64,000 nt of DNA, taken from the NCBI GenBank assembly GCA_963677435.1, contig OY781945.1, positions 1,856,001 through 1,920,000 of the forward strand, in the 5' to 3' direction. Every line of letters begins with the position of its first letter. The first letter of the stretch is position 1. The translations under genes were made by a program, and so were the position numbers. Below, in pieces: positions 62,194 to 64,000 of this stretch. The notes under the pieces were generated by a model that saw nothing but the letters and a program-made list of their open reading frames with translations, was not told the origin of the DNA and did no database searches. This DNA comes from an uncultured Aliarcobacter sp. Lineage in GTDB: Bacteria; Campylobacterota; Campylobacteria; Campylobacterales; Arcobacteraceae.

Positions 62194-62882
62194 TTTATAA
62201 TTCACCTTTATACTTTATAGGAAAGTCAGGTGAGTTAAATTCTCAATTATCTGACCTTCAAAGTTTATTAAATATTGGGTTAGATATATCATCTTTTGAT
62301 AATATCTATTTAGATACGAAATTAAATGAAAGTGATAAAAAAAATATTTTAGCTTCAATACCTAGTGCATCACCATTAGAGAAAGTATTTATAACTTCAA
62401 AATTTGGATATCGATTACATCCCATTTTTAATACAAATAAACTACATACAGGTGTAGATTTAAGAGCTACAATAGGAACCAAGATATATTCAACAGCAGA
62501 TGGAATTGTTCTTACATCAAAAAAAGAGGATTTAGGAGGCTATGGAAAAATGGTAGAAATTGTTCATAATTATGGTTTTCAAACTTTATTTGGACATATG
62601 AGCGAAGTCTATGTAGAAGAGGGTGATATAATTAAAAAAGGGACTTTGCTTGGTTTATCTGGAAATACAGGTAACAGTAATGGACCTCACTTACATTATG
62701 AAATAAAATATTTAAAAAAATATTTAGATTCACAAGATTTCTTATATTGGAATACAAAAACATTTGATACGATTTTTAAAAAAAATCAAGATTTAATAAA
62801 TTGGAAAAATATGATTTTTTATATTAAGAACAATAGAAATAATACAATAGATAAGGACATTAATGTTGTCAGAGCAAGATAA
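62166..62882 (+). pseudogene. M23 family metallopeptidase (Csd1-like) lacking a canonical start codon
   Basis: Frame open from 62166 with IPSASPL, ITSKFGYRLHP, HTGVD, GYG and GPHLHYE. The first ATG/GTG/TTG is at 62550, downstream of the HxxxD motif. Confidence 0.65.
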
Positions 62883-63462
62883 GTATCAAAATATTCTATC
62901 ACAAATTCATGAATTAAATAGACAAAATTTATTAACGGAAAATGAAAGAAATGAGCATATTATAAATAAATTATCAGAATTAGAATTTCAAATACAAAAC
63001 AAACAAAATGATATAAATTCAAATAGTATATTTAATAAAATACAATATACTATTATATTTTTAATAGTTATGAATTTAATTCTAACATTCTTTTTACTTT
63101 TTTCATATTTAAACAAAAATACTGTATCTATTTCAAATGAAAATAATAATCAAACAATTACTGCGAAAGAGATTATAAAAGCTGAGCCAATTGAAATAAA
63201 GCCAATTACTAATGAAAAAGAGATTGATGAAAATATAGTTCTTTTTAATAATCAAGAAATAGCCGAAGAAAGTTTTCAAGAAATGAAACCAATAATTAAA
63301 AAAGATACACAATATACATGTGAAGATGATAATTTTCAAATTAAATATAAAATACCATACACAGTTGAAATAAAAGGCAAATTATATTCTGATAAGTTTA
63401 TGTTTATTTTACAAAATGGATTAGATAGAAAGAATTGTAAAATAGATAAAAATGATATTTAA
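62863..63462 (+). CDS. Hypothetical single-TM protein
   Basis: 199-aa ORF with AAGGA RBS, coiled N-terminus and one TM segment. Confidence 0.65.
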   Translation: MLSEQDKYQNILSQIHELNRQNLLTENERNEHIINKLSELEFQIQNKQNDINSNSIFNKIQYTIIFLIVMNLILTFFLLFSYLNKNTVSISNENNNQTITAKEIIKAEPIEIKPITNEKEIDENIVLFNNQEIAEESFQEMKPIIKKDTQYTCEDDNFQIKYKIPYTVEIKGKLYSDKFMFILQNGLDRKNCKIDKNDI

Positions 63463-63487
63463 TGTGTTTAGAAATATAAATGTTTAT

Positions 63488-63518
63488 TTTGTATTGAAAA
63501 CTATAATTTTCAAACAAA
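63488..63518. other. Chromosomal difH site
   Basis: TTTGTATTGAAAA-CTATAA-TTTTCAAACAAA matches the Campylobacterota difH pattern as I recall it (TTGAAAA-N6-TTTTCAA with asymmetric outer arms); intergenic and near xerH. Confidence 0.85.
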
Positions 63519-63540
63519 AAGCACTAAAAGAAAAAAGAAC

Positions 63541-64000
63541 TTATTTTCTTCTTCCTCTTGAAAACTCAATTATATAATCTGCAATTTCATCTAGATGTAC
63601 TATATCTTTAACTGCGCCTGCCTGAATTGCTTTCATTGGCATTCCAAATACTACGCAACTCTCTTCATTTTGTGCAATAGTATATGCACCATTATCAAAA
63701 AGTTCTTTCATTGCAATTGTACCATCATCACCCATTCCTGTCATCATTACAGCCATAGCCGCACTTCCAACAGTATTGTTTACAGATCTGAATAAAACAT
63801 CCACACTTGGTTTATGTTGACTTACTTTTTTTGTATCCAACAATTTAGTCCTATACTCATTTCCAAATTTCTCAATAGTTAAATGCATATTTCCAGGAGC
63901 TAAATATCCATGCCCTTTTTCTAAAATCATTCCATCTTTTGCTTCACAAACTTCAACTTCTGAATGATCATTTAACCTTTGGGCAAAAGAGTTTGAAAAT
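63541..64000 (-). CDS. cheB: Chemotaxis methylesterase CheB, 3' part (5' end outside the window)
   Basis: HKPSVDVLF, MTGMGDDG, TIAQNEESCVVFGMP. Confidence 0.93.
   Translation of the reverse strand, partial: FSNSFAQRLNDHSEVEVCEAKDGMILEKGHGYLAPGNMHLTIEKFGNEYRTKLLDTKKVSQHKPSVDVLFRSVNNTVGSAAMAVMMTGMGDDGTIAMKELFDNGAYTIAQNEESCVVFGMPMKAIQAGAVKDIVHLDEIADYIIEFSRGRRK

Overview
AT-rich chromosomal segment of a Campylobacterota bacterium, most likely Arcobacteraceae (inferred from hobA, xerH/difH, mqnC, oadGAB-pckA and a gltX2-type gene). It appears to lie at the replication terminus, with chromosomal xerH at 60872-61924 and a difH site at about 63488-63518. Most of the window is housekeeping: queA-tatCB, nadE-lpxK, hemN-argF, class III RNR, hemB-ribA-rsmG, glyS, three tRNAs, pckA/oad, metG-fbp-mobB, slt-yggT-gltX, mqnC-bamA, tyrA, folP-holB-hobA-lysC-rppH, hemW-prmC-prlC and cheB. 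The first 5.3 kb is the right part of a Tn3-family transposon inserted into comEC. Instead of a serine resolvase it carries a divergently transcribed paralog of XerH and its own difH-like site (TTGGAAA-TCTAAA-TTTCCAA, versus chromosomal TTGAAAA-CTATAA-TTTTCAA). This suggests a chromosome-dimer-resolution module co-opted as a transposon cointegrate-resolution system, and it is the strongest candidate for an undescribed system. Other notable points: a split class III RNR with the glycyl-radical motif on a separate 55-aa ORF missed by the ORF track, a full-length GluRS with its catalytic motifs eroded, an orphan CI/LexA-like repressor with a candidate operator, and a start-less M23 peptidase.
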